Positions 1 to 11,940 of a stretch of 64,000 nucleotides of DNA are shown one piece after another. The stretch's first letter is position 1. Each line of letters begins with the position of its first letter. Below the pieces are notes generated by a model that did no database searches, was not told the origin of the DNA, and worked only from the letters and a program-made list of their open reading frames with translations. The translations under genes and the position numbers were made by a program. Origin of the DNA: Yuukianura sp. NJ FZ-2021 (taxonomy: Eukaryota); the NCBI GenBank assembly GCA_046563655.1, contig CM102286.1, positions 12,834,001 through 12,898,000 on the forward strand. Reading direction: 5' to 3'.

Positions 1-495
1 TTGAATACACGTGTGTGTATTGATCTAATGCTCATTGACCTATTAACTTTGTCAACTCTATAATTACGCTAACATGGATGATGTTCAAAGGCTGTTCGAA
101 GTTTACTTTCCAAATGCGCGCCAAAGTCCAATAATTGGACAAAGCTTAGAGAAATTTCCCAATGAACTTTCGATCTCTGTGGTAACTATGCTCCATAGAT
201 TTGCTGCAGTGGTTGAAATTAGGCCGAAGTTGTTTTGTAATCTAGAGAGTAAGTTTTGGCGGGAAACCTTGAGTGACAGGGAATCCTCTTACGTGGTTCC
301 CATTTGAAGTGGTTTCGTCCTAATCTGAAATGACATTCCCCGTCCCGCAGAAGTTCAACTTTCCAAACTTTCTTCTTCGACTCCTACATTTCCTGTCGTT
401 TCAAGCACAAAGTTATTGTTTCCTTTTGTCTTTTGACAGGAACTGACGGCAAAGGCGGAGGTCACAGGTGCATTAGGCCATTTCTTGCTTAAGAC

Positions 496-776
496 CAAGG
501 TTTGATGACTTTGATTTTCTTTAACAGGCTGGGTAGTATCTCATGTTTTTTTTTTGATTTTGCAAAAAAAAAAGTAACTTTTCTTTTCAGGGCATTGTAG
601 TGATAACAATACAACCGAACTTTTTAAATTTTGCGTACGAATTGGTACCATTTTTTGGATTGGTACTAGAATTGGTACTGAATTTTGGATTTTTTTTTTG
701 TTTTTTTTTTTTGTCAACAAACGAGGCAGTACCCAACCTGTTAAAGAAAATTCGCTTTTCGTTATAAGCAACCTTG
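496..776. mobile_element. MITE, CAAGGTT...AACCTTG family (subfamily A); non-autonomous DNA transposon with 8-bp TSD (P- or hAT-type)
   Basis: Terminal inverted repeats CAAGGTT/AACCTTG. Subterminal inverted repeat TTTCTTTAACAGGCTGGGTA / TACCCAACCTGTTAAAGAAA. Flanks CTTAAGAC (488-495) and CTTAAGTC (777-784) match 7/8. Colinear with the copy at 11678-11940. Confidence 0.85.
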
Positions 777-3020
777 CTTAAGTCACTGTCTCGAATCTAA
801 CCTTCTACAGTCCTAGATCCCGAAATGACTAACTAACCTTCCCTAGATCAACAATAGAGACGCCTCTTCTCCTGTATCTCTTCTAACAAAGTGAAACTCT
901 TAAAACAACACAAAAGACTAAAACTGAAGTAAAAAGTAACAAGGAACGTCTCTGCTAAAGTTGCTCCAAAACCTTCCATAGTTTTCTTTTTCTTTCTTCA
1001 AAGGAAAAAAGCAACAAAAGTTTCTCTCTTGCCTTGTACCAAGTCTCTAACTAGGAATGTTCCTTCGTTAGTCTAGGTTGGGCTTCCTAAAACATTATTC
1101 TCTCCTCGTCAATAGGTCTTTTACAGAAGAAACAAGTACAAAGACGTAAACCTAAGGCTGAGAGATTTGTTCCAAGAAAAGAGGAGCACTTTTCGTCAGA
1201 GTAGGGGAAAAGAAAAACGTTCGTGAAAAGAATGGTTGATGAGAAAAAGTCGAGGAATGAAAGGAATCAAGACTTTTAATCCAAGAAAGAAAGCAGAGTT
1301 GGGCATTTGGCTTCTTCCGAAATGATGAAATGCCTCCTGCATTATTACTTGTACAGCAGTGGTATGTTGTGAGGGAGGGTGAAAGTACAGAGTTGGGCAG
1401 CAGGGTGGGATATGGTGTGAATGTAATCTGTAGCCATAAAGCCAAAGTCTTTTCAAAGAAAAAGAAACGGCACAAAAAATTGGAATGACGAAAGGTGAAA
1501 GTCTTTTTCAGTTTTCGTCATATCGTCTCTTTTTTTGGCGGGAGAAAGTAAAACATAACTTGTCTCTATCCTGCCGCTTAGAAAGGAAGTGTCTTAATGG
1601 ACAAGTTGTGTTTTTGTGGGCGGTAAGGTTGGGTGTGTTTTCTCTTACTTTTGTTAAGGTTGGGTTTTCTTGTTAGGCTAAAAGAAGGATTTTTTGTGAT
1701 GTAAGGTTAACTTTAGGTTAGGTTCTAAAAAGTGGTGGAGCGTAAAGAACGTAATCTTGGCAATCTTGGAGAATGAGTTATTAGCTCTTCCTGCTCGACA
1801 GGTCGGAAGACTTTGAGAGTGAAAGTAAGACAGAGATCCCCACCTACTACGGCAAAATTAATGCGGAGAAAGTGAAAGCATAGTTTATTCCCATAAATAA
1901 AAAGCAGAAGCAAACAACCTACACAAACTCTTCATCTTTTTGTTTAAAAATGACGACCAGAGTTTAGTTCGACTAATCTTTTTTCAGTTTCTGCTAATTT
2001 ACTCAGCGAAAAAAAAATCAAACTAAAATTTGAATTCTTGATTGCTTTCACTTTTTTAAGCATAATTTTGGAATTACCATACATTGACAATTTCCGAAAG
2101 CGTGCCGCTGTGGAACGTAATGTTTTTGTGTAAGTAAGTGCGTCATGACGTCTCTAGTGCTTGCACAAGGAATAAAACTTTTTTTTTGTTATGAAAGTTC
2201 TTTTTTTGGAAGTCAACAAGGTATGAAGAGGTTGTTTGACGAGAATTTTGTTAGAAAAACTTTCTTTGTCGAGGTTTGTTAAATCAACAATTTGTGTTCG
2301 GAGATTGGATTGCCCACTTAATATTAAAGGAGACAAACATTTCTTTCAAGACGTTTCCTTGTTCACTTCGTAACTTTTGTCATGAAGTCACCTGCTGCCC
2401 ATCTTTACCGTATGTGTGTCACTTCAACCAGTTGGAACCAACAAATCAAATTCCACAAAGAAAAAAGAGTATCTACTGGGAAAACTAAGTACAAAAACTA
2501 TCACAACTGTCAAAATACACTTAAAGTTAAAGAAAAGTTCTTAATTGGATGGCCTTCGTCGTCTTTCTTCTTTGCTAAAAAAGAGACGCTCAATTTTCTA
2601 AAGTTCAGCTTACTTCCTTTTTTGTAAGAAAAAAAAATGAGCGGCTCAAGTTGAAAGGAAAGTCTACAAGAAATTAGAGAAATGAAAGAGAGAAATGGGA
2701 ACGTCTAAATTGGAAGCATTTGTTAAGGTGTCGCTTATAGTGAATCATGAGTTTTGATATGGCTCGGACACTTCGGACAGTTTCGGACATAACGATTGAC
2801 GATTCGTATGTTTTGGAAAGCCTAATTCTGAAAACAGTGTTATTCTAACTTTACTAGAAAAAGTTAAAATGCTCTTTGAATTTGTGAGACAAAAGCAGTT
2901 TATTTTCAAAAAAAAAAGTTGATAATTTTTTAGCGTTTTCTTGGAAGGCACTGTACTTTGATTGAAAACATATGCCTCAGTGTAGATACGGAGAGAAAGA
3001 GAGAAAAGAGAAAGACTTAC

Positions 3021-3331
3021 AACGCCATTTCCAAGATTGCGGACAATGCAGGGAAGATTGGCAGTGGATCCTTCTTGGGCTGTGACAAGGGTGGAGTTCT
3101 CCGTAGTAAATATTGCCTCACTTTTATCTGAGGGTGGTGGACGTTGGGGGTGGGGAGAAAGTGGTGGTCCACTTCCAAGTCCCACCAGATTACTCGGTGT
3201 ACCACCATGCCCATGTATGTTGCCAAGGCCTGGACTCAAGTTATCTCTGTCAGCTCGATAGCTTCTTGGCCGACGGCGACTTTCCTGGATGCTGTCTCCT
3301 TCACTTTCAGTCCCTGGACCTCTACTTCTTC
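3021..3331 (-). CDS. Dpr-family (defective proboscis extension response) Ig protein, coding exon 2: linker plus start of Ig domain 1; dpr13-like by recall. Downstream exons not found, probably left of the window
   Basis: Acceptor ttgtttttccag before 3331 (phase 1) and donor gtaagt after 3021 (phase 0). Open frame RSRGPGTESEGDSIQESRRRPRSYRADRDNLSPG...AIFTTENSTLVTAQEGSTANLPCIVRNLGNGV. The intron falls just before the expected VSW, the same position as in the second Dpr gene in this window. Confidence 0.85.
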
Positions 3332-3668
3332 CTGGAAAAACAAAAGATACAAAAAATCCTGGGGTTTAGAGTCATGGAACTTTTCCAAAATGAGGAAGAA
3401 GGCAGTCGAAGTTAGCATCGCAGTAGGGCCAATGAAGCAGAAAGTAAATTAAATTATTGATTTATAATTTCCCAGCCTCAGCAATTCTTTCTCCATTTAT
3501 TCTAGAGGCTGACCTTGGCAGGAGGTCAATTCATCTCTCAAATAGATAAAGTACACTCAAAAGATTCCGTTGGAGAAAGAACGCTCTAACTGTGAAAGGC
3601 ATTCGACTGTTAGTCATTCCTAAATTACTACTTTTCCGCCTACGCGTTCTCGGCACATCGTACATTAC

Positions 3669-4030
3669 ATAGTTACTTCCTCCAAAATCCTAAACTACTC
3701 ACTTACTGAGCTTATAGTTACTCCCTCCAACATTTAAGGCAAAGTTGTTCCCTCCGAAATGTTCAATGCAGTATGCAATTCTTTCCTACCAAATTTTCAA
3801 ATATTAGTTACTCCCTCCAAAATTTTTACAGTGACGCACTTTTTTTTTCAAAATCCTCGAATAGTTACTCCCTCTAAAATCCTGAGTATGGACTTTTCTT
3901 AAAACCCTGACGAAGAGTTAGGTACTCCTTCCAACATTCTTTTACTTGGCAACTTTTTTTTACAAATCCTATGTCTAGTAGTTACTCCCTCCAAAATCCT
4001 GAATCTATAGTTACTCCCTCCAAAAATACT
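3669..4030 (+). repeat. Degenerate minisatellite, about 8 copies of (A)TAGTTACTCCCTCCAAAATCCT with variable spacers
   Basis: Copies start near 3669, 3715, 3743, 3806, 3861, 3920, 3979 and 4007. A second degenerate motif, ACTTTTTT..AAAATCCT, is interleaved. Confidence 0.75.
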
Positions 4031-7000
4031 TTGAAATCCTTACAACGAGACTCGTGAAAGCTCTACTTCAGGTCAAAAGAACCCAATTATTCCTAATTAT
4101 CCGCTCTCAAAGGAAGCTCCCCTAAAGGTCTCTTGTTTCCAAAGAGATTCCTTCACATTCTTCATTTTCTATTGATTGAAAAATCCTTCCCGCTTTTTTG
4201 AAAGTACCCGGATTTCCCGCTTTCCGGATTTTTCTCTCTCCATGCCTATTAACCTTCGTGACTTTCTACTTAAGTCGCCAGAAAAAGTTCCTCCTTCATT
4301 AACATCAAAAAGACCTGAGAAAGTATGTTTGAAGTCTAAAATAGGAGAAACGTGGAAATGGTTTAACACCCCGCCTGAATAAATTGGATCCGCCCAGTAG
4401 CCGTAGTAGTTGGTGCGGACTCTGCTTACTCTACTGTTATGTTTCGCGTTTCCTAATTAATTTACCACATGGGAGGGAACGCGCATTCATTCAAACACAA
4501 CTTAGTTTGTGGTGGTGTGAACGTGTTTGGCAAGACCGCTTCACAGCTTTTCGGAAAAGGAAACGCCTCACTTAACTTTGGGTTTCTCCAAACCGTTTGT
4601 GCTTCTCAAAATGAAATAATTTTGATCGTGAACATGCCAAATTTTAGCAGAATTTAATATTCAAGACCTCGTTTTGCCCAAGCGTTTTTCGTGGTCTTAA
4701 AGTTAGAATGGGAAAATTGGCAGTAAGAGGAAGCTTTTTGCGTTCATAATTAAAGCCCAGAATTAAGTTCTTGTCAAAAGTTTAGTTTTTGGAAAAGACT
4801 GTTGACGCTTTGGTGAAAGCAAAAGTAGAGTTTGGAAATGATGGAGACAAATGGTTTTGGACTGGAGCAAAGGCTAATAAGTTCAGAGGCACATGTAACT
4901 ATGGATTTGGAATTCCAAGGACTTAACAACATAATTAAAGAATCAGCGGTTCATGACAGTGACAAATGTCGTCAAAAGGAACCCGTTTTTTAACTGTTTC
5001 AGTCGATTAGTGGGTATTGTGTATTTGGCTTTGAGTGCTACAAAAAAAAGTTTTCATTTTTTTGGAAAGTATTTCAGACTGTTTTGTTCAAAACAATTAA
5101 ATGTGTGATTTGTTTTTGAGTTTGCGAGTTGCTATTTTGAAAATAATAAAACCCTTTTGTTACGTAATTTAAGATGTAATTTGGCACATTATTTCTTGGA
5201 GATTTTGGGAGAAAGTGGTAAGTTAGTCACAATAAAATTGTTAGTGACTCTTGAATCTGAAACAAAAGAAGTGTGATAAGGACTTTACTATATTTGGCAA
5301 AACACGCGAAACGGCACAAGCACAACTTTTGCACAAGAATCGACTAAATTCATATTCACTCAAGATTTGAACCAATTCTACGCAATTTTTGAACGCAATT
5401 TGTGTAACCGTAGGAAAAAATGATCAAAAAACTTTAATCTAATCTTAATTCAGCGATGGTACAGAGAACGACTTTGAAAAACAGAAGCGGATTAGATTTT
5501 TTTTTTCAAAATAATCCAAAATTATAATGTTCTGTACAGTTTATCCGTGTAACGCTAGCGTCGTGTAACGCATTATGAACCTAACAACTTTAGCGTATTA
5601 AGTTTACGTAGAAGTTCGTGTTTCATTTCAGGTTTCTTAACAAACAGCAAAAGTTAAGGGCACGTTCCAGTCCTTCAGGATCCGACAAAACTTTGGTAAT
5701 AATTGTCATGTTTTTATGACCTTATCCAAAGTCACACCAAAGAGAAAGCATGGAACTCAAAGGTTCTTGGTCCGCATAACCATAAAGGTTATGTGTGTGT
5801 CCTACATAGGACAAATCAACCTAGTCATGCAATCCCTGCCTCACAGCATGAACAAACGAAGCCTTCCCAATATTTCATTTTCTACATAAAGTGTTGACTA
5901 CTAATGTTGCCAGAGTTTCGAATTTCCCGAGAAAAGAAAATCAATTTTTAGCAATTTCCAAAAGACTGAAAAGTTTTCTCCTCTCACCCTTGATTTCGAC
6001 ACCACTTTGGCTAATGAAGTGCGGTGAGATGTGGAAAAAGAAGACTAGGTTGGCATTAATTAAAGTCCTTGATTGAATTGAACTAGAACCGGGAAAGATG
6101 ATCTGAAGCTTTCTTTCTAGTTACTCCCACAGCCTCTCAAGTAATTCAAGTAATTCGGGCCAAAGAGGAATTAAAAGTTCAAATTACAAAACCCATTCCT
6201 CGAGCCAATTACATCCATAACGAGATTCTCTAATTTGAACTTAATTTAATAAGTTGTAAGAGTCGTAAGTTAAGGCTAGACTAAGCTCAGCTTCTTCTAG
6301 ACTTAGACTTGTAGTTTCCAAAAACCCTACGAAACTAATTTCCAAGAAAGTGAACTTTGGAACTGGAACTAATGGAACATCTAACGCATATTGAAGCCTC
6401 ATCTAGTCTCTACTCCGCTCCTACCACTAAAAAAAGGAACCAACGCCCGCTTTCATCCAAGTGAAAGTCAGCCAAGTCAAGAGAAAATGTACAAAAATTA
6501 GGCTGCTAAAAAAGAAAGCTGCTAACGGTCTTCTGCCTAGCAGGAGGCACTTGCCGTTGCGCTCGACGCTCAAAACTGTTCTGCTTTCTCTAAAGGCTCA
6601 TTTTCTAGGAACTGAAAGCGGAAAAAAAGTCGAGAAATTGTCCAGAACGACAGTCTGGGGACAAGCGTCTGAGCGCCGCAGAAGACAAATGATGTGCATA
6701 AGAATTTCCTTTTTCTTTTGTTAAAAAGAATTTCAACTGGAAGCATATTCTCCCTTCCAAATTTTTACAACTTTCATCCCTCCGCGATAGCTGGTTTCAA
6801 CTTAAACATTTTTTGGATGCAGTGGCTTTAGAAAGAATTTGGCACTAGATTTTCTTGTTTAAAAAATTGTCAAGCTTGGTTTAATTTTACAAGACTTGTT
6901 CAGGCGTAGAAAAGATTTAGTTCAACCGGTTCATTTATTTTAGTCCCACTTAGGTAATGGGACAACGAAAAAAAAAAGAAACACTGCTGTAAAAAACTGC

Positions 7001-7241
7001 AGCTTTTAGTATCTGTTTTTACTTTTGGCAACAACGAAGTGTCCATTTTCCCAATTGGACAGTTGTGGCGGCGCAAGTTGACCTGGGCGATCAATCTTGG
7101 AGTTCCAAATTCCGCGCACATCCTTACCCTGATTTATTTGACCGCCAGTCATGTGATGCAATTGCAATTAATTCTAAAGCGCCCCCTTTCGAACGGAACC
7201 AACACCAAATACTTCGAGTTCTTCAACTTAATCGAACTTGG

Positions 7242-7471
7242 CAACGTTCACAAAATACGTTTTTTCTACACCAGGTTGTCCAATAACTTGATGCTTTTAA
7301 TTGCATTAAATAATTTACAAAAATTTCTTCGCCATGCCTTTCTATGGTAATGATTTGCAGTTGATGTAGTAGGAATTGGTACAGAAATTTGTTTAAAGTA
7401 AGATTTTTAAAAACTCTGAGTTATTGGATAACCTACTGTAGAAAATACGATTTAGTTGTCAAGAAACCTTG
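7242..7471 (-). mobile_element. MITE, CAAGGTT family (subfamily C), inverted relative to 31515-31761
   Basis: Ends CAACGTT...AACCTTG. Subterminal inverted repeat AGGTTGTCCAATAACT / AGTTATTGGATAACCT. The reverse complement aligns along its length with 31515-31761. TSD is degraded. Confidence 0.75.
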
Positions 7472-9550
7472 GAAATTACCCAAAATTGGTAAAATTAAAA
7501 ACTAAACTAAAACTAACTAAACTGAATAAACAAAATTACGAATTTTTTCTTCAAATTTGTGAATTGCATATTTATTGTTTTTTTAGTCTTTTTTTGTATT
7601 CATTTCATTGCGATTTTTTTGATGCAGAAGTCAAGTGACCAAGAAATATAGGCGGAGTCCGGAGAGTGTAAAGATTTGATGGCGTATTTTAAATCCTGGC
7701 AATCAACCCATAGATGTTGTTTACTTTCTGGAAAGCCCAAGTGGCTAAAACGGAAGGAGTACTCCTGAATAGGCCATGTCATGTGCATTTATACCCAATA
7801 GAGGCTTGTCTATCTCGAGAAAGTAAATAAACCAGGAAAGTACTTTTCTATAGCCTCCACTTTGCCCTTTCAAAAGTGATCTCTTCCCAGGGAATCCATG
7901 TCCATCAATATGAAACCAACGGAAACGAAACTTCAGAACACTTCCACCCAACCACCCACCACCACTGCCACCGAAGATGAGTTTCATCCATCTCCTTTTC
8001 CTTCCGTGAAAGTGAGAAGCGAAAGAAGAAAGTCAAATCGAAATTTTAACCCTACGGCATTCGACGCCACCGAAAAACCTACACTTCGACCGAGAAAAAA
8101 ATTCGACTGGAGGAAAAGCCAAAGTTTGAGCAAATTCCTTCTTCCTATAAATAGAGACTTTCTCTTTGCTCAGAAAGACTTTTTTTTGAAAAAAAAAAAA
8201 TTCTCGGCAACTCAATATACATTTTTTTTCTTTAGTGGTTGCTACACCAAAAAAAGTCTTTAGGAACTAGATCATTTCGCACTGGCTTCTTCCAAAGTCT
8301 TGGAAATTGTTTTTCCTTTTCCCTCTCTAAACCTAACTCCATGAAACACTTTTTGAGGTGCGACACGTGGAAGAGACAAAGTTTTTAGCCATGGGCTTAT
8401 GATGTATCCAATGTTAAGGTTAGACTATGTTTTAGCCGATACTGTTAGTCCTAGTTGGCGTAGCCTCTGACTTCCGGAACTTTTCTTGTTTCCTCAAAGT
8501 GTCATTCAATTTTTGTGGTTGAAAAAGTATAACGAAATACTGAACAAGGCTCCTACAGTTTCAAAATTGAATTCAAATTCAATTCCGCCTATAAACTTTG
8601 ACAGGAATCAATAGTTTCCAATTTGCAAAAATTTCCTTGTTCTTTTCTTTTTACGGTGATGTTGAGCTAAAGTGGTGCCAATCACGTCACGTTTTTTATT
8701 CTATTTTGTTTTTATCGAAATTGAAATTTGAAACAAAAACTTGGTCGGGGTTAACTGATGTGTCAATTTACAATCTTGTGCGTCACATTTTGTGCTGCAG
8801 TGGGATTCAACTGCATTTTTGACGATGTTTTTTATTTGTTCTTTTAATTTACTTTTTAACTGGAAATGTAAACGTTACGGTGAAAGTACGATTCAATCCG
8901 ACGTTCAATCATGACGAGAATAACTTATTACAAAACCCATGTTACACTCAATCCTTGTGTAATCAGAACCTTGTGTTGTTTGATATTGATTTCGAACTGT
9001 GTGCAAAACTTTGTCACGGACTTTCTCCCGCCCTTTCCAATACCAAAAGGCGTTCGACTTTTTGGAATACTCATGGCATGTCCATTAATAGTTGATTTCC
9101 ATAATAGAATTTCCTGGATAACGAGCTTACTATTTCTCCTGCCTCCGTGCTGGTCACTACGGCTTTTGTGTGGTTAACTTCTACATGAACGCGTGTTTCC
9201 AGGACTTTCTCTCGTGAGAAAATAAATCTCGCTTTGCTGAAAGCCTTGCTCGCCTTCCCTCGTTGTTTGTTTGAAAAGAACCGCGCTTTACTTCCAACCT
9301 ATACAAGTACTTGCGGAGGAGTATTTAATTTAAATTTGACTGTCATGATTGGATAGAATTACATTAGGAACCTATTTCCACTTGCCTGATTTCATTTTAA
9401 CTAGCTCCGTTCTTTATCCTCTATCCAAGTGTCCGTCCTCAATCCTATGGCTTTGTGTTAGACCAGGTTTTGCGTAACATGTTTGTGAGGACTATGGGGG
9501 GAGATTCAAGTGAAAATAGAAAGTGGAGAGAGAAAACAAGGAATAATAAC

Positions 9551-10426
9551 CATAGATGGGCATCCTCAAAGAGGACGTCCTCAAATCCTCTATCCTCAAT
9601 CGATTCCCGATCCTCAAGTACTCTTCTCCTCTATCCTCACTCGATTTCTAGTCCTCAAATCTTCAAAACCTCATCCTCGTTGGTATCTCAATCCTTAAAA
9701 CCTCAAATCCTCTATCCTCAATCCCAATAATGTCCTCAAATCCTTAAACCTCTATCCTCAATTAAGTGAAAATAACTATATATAAAGTTTGGCTCACCAA
9801 GTCAATTTTATTTCAGACTAATATTCAATTTAATTAACCTAACCTAACAGCGTCAGGAACACCACCAGTAACTTTCTTGTAATGTAGGCGGTTGATAACT
9901 TTTGCAGATGACGAAGATTCGATTTCTTGTACTTCCTCGTCATTAATCACGACAGGACCAAACTCGAGTGTTGCCTGTTTTAAGTTCGACGACATGTTGT
10001 TCACTAACTAATTTAAATTAGATACACACCACTTCGGACTATACTATTGGCAGCGGCAGCTGATGATACAAAAGAATGAAGAGAAGAAATAGGATCAAAG
10101 CTCATGCTCAACTTTGAGACAACTGGGGATGTCTCATTTGACTCAACTTGCTAGGAATTGCAAAATTGAGGAGTACTCAAATACTCAATCCTCAAGTAAA
10201 TTTGAATCCTCAACTACTCTAATCCTCTATCCTCACTTCATACTGTATCCTTAAATACTCAAAACCTCTATCCTCACTCAAAGTCCATCCTCAAAACTTC
10301 AATCCTCTATACTCTTCCCGGCCATCGGTCCTCAAATCCTCTATACTCAATCCTCATCCAAAATCGTGTCCTCTTTGAGGATTTCGTCCTCTTTGAGGAT
10401 TTTTTGAGTGAGGACGCCCATCTATG
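9551..10426. mobile_element. 876-bp non-autonomous hAT-like DNA transposon with TCCTC(T)A subterminal repeat arrays
   Basis: 18-bp TIR CATAGATGGGCATCCTCA / TGAGGACGCCCATCTATG (17/18 match). Perfect 8-bp TSD ATAATAAC at 9543-9550 and 10427-10434. Dense ATCCTCA/ATCCTCTA repeats at ~9560-9760 and ~10170-10410. Confidence 0.9.
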
Positions 10427-11677
10427 ATAATAACATTCATTAACTACCTCTTCCAACAATACATGACATCCTTAGTTTATATTCTGGGCGGAAGCATACC
10501 TTCGTTTCAAAAGGGCTCAGGAAGTACTTTATCCAATTTATTGCAGAAGGGAGACAATGGGAAGCGGAGAGAAAGGAGAAGCTCATTTCAAATTGCAACG
10601 CGGTAGAAAGCATGCAAATCCGCCCCTGCTTAGGCCCGTTGTGAAGTAGCATAATAAAATACAAAGAGAAATATCCTCATTATGTCCCTGTACGAAACAA
10701 AAGAGGTCACTAAAACTTCCAGTGGCCTTAGTTTACCTGGCGTAATGGATTTAAAATTTAGCGCGAGTGGATTTCCACTTAACAGACAGTATGGAAGCAG
10801 GTTCGAGCACGGGTGATGTCAAAAATTTGAAAATATTGCCCCCCTGAACTTGACCTTGCAGGTTCATAGCGTTACTCAACCAGAGAATTCAAAGAAAAAA
10901 CTTAAATTGAAATTTCGAAAGATGCCGCTATAAATTTTAGCAAGTTTCGGAAAGTAGCCATATCAAAAATAATTTGAATTTTTTTTTTAAAATTTTTAAT
11001 TATTCCCACCAAAACTAACTAGGCTAAACTAAAGTATACATATCGAATATGTCGAAATCTGAAGCTTTGTGAATCACAGACTGTGATTAGTCTACTAGGC
11101 TGTGCATCGATCATGTTCTAAAAAGTCATAAAGTTTATATAAACAATCGGAACAGTTCGTCTGTCAGTGGGAAAAGTCGCAGATGCTTCCCCAAACAAAT
11201 CCAAATATTTTGATTACAGAATAAGTCAAGTCAGGAAAAAGTCAACAGAAGCTGCTCTTGCGCAGCAGTAGTTGACAACTGACAGCACCCAAGAAAAATT
11301 AACTTTCAATCTTGGTCCTGTCCGTTGTTCAAATAAAAATGGAAGGAGAGGAGACAGGTGAGAATAGGATTTTCGGTGGCTTTTGAGAAATGAGCTCCAT
11401 TCCATTTTCAAGATTTCCAAGGAAAAGATCTTTGAAAATATCAAAAAAAAAATTCTTTGAAGTTCCTCATCCACCCAAGAGAGAAAGCCACAGAAGAAAG
11501 TCTCTTTTTTTATTTAAAAAAATGAACAAAAGAGAAAAGAATGGGGTTAGACGGAAGAGTAAGAAGGAGGTATGTGAGGATTCCGCAGTTTGATTCTCGG
11601 TGAGTCGTAATCGATTTGCACCATGACGAAAATTCTGTGCCAAAATTCAACCGATTTTTTGCACAAAGGCGCTAGGG

Positions 11678-11940
11678 CAAGGTTTGTTGACTTTTGAATT
11701 TCTCTAACAGGTTGGGTAATACCTCATGTTTTTTTTTGATTTCATAAAAAAAATATCTTTTCATTTCGGGGCATCGTAGACTTAAAAATACAGCTTAATT
11801 CTTTTTTAAATTTTGCGTACGAATTGGTATCAATTTTTTGGATTGGTACGTATTAAACTGGTACTATTTTTTTTTGTCAACAAGCGAGGTAGTACCCAAC
11901 CTGTTAAAGAAAATTAACGTTTCGTTTTCAAGCAACCTTG
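11678..11940. mobile_element. MITE, CAAGGTT family (subfamily A), second copy
   Basis: CAAGGTT...AACCTTG ends. Colinear with 496-776, e.g. shared TTTTTAAATTTTGCGTACGAATTGGTA. Flanks GCGCTAGGG / GCACTAGGG form a near-duplication. Confidence 0.85.

Noticed and set aside
74..307. 77-aa plus-strand ORF at the window start
   Set aside because: No recognisable domain; probably antisense within a Dpr intron.
1700..1725. TTAGG (arthropod telomere repeat) dimers here and at e.g. ~9835, ~23957 and ~34172
   Set aside because: Only two or three units each and scattered; not an interstitial telomeric array.
3669..4030. CRISPR-like repeat-spacer appearance
   Set aside because: Eukaryotic intron, degenerate repeats, irregular and mutually similar spacers, and no cas genes.
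9455..9730. Ser/Pro-rich ORFs of 91 and 62 aa
   Set aside because: Translations of the TCCTCA subterminal repeats of the hAT-like element.
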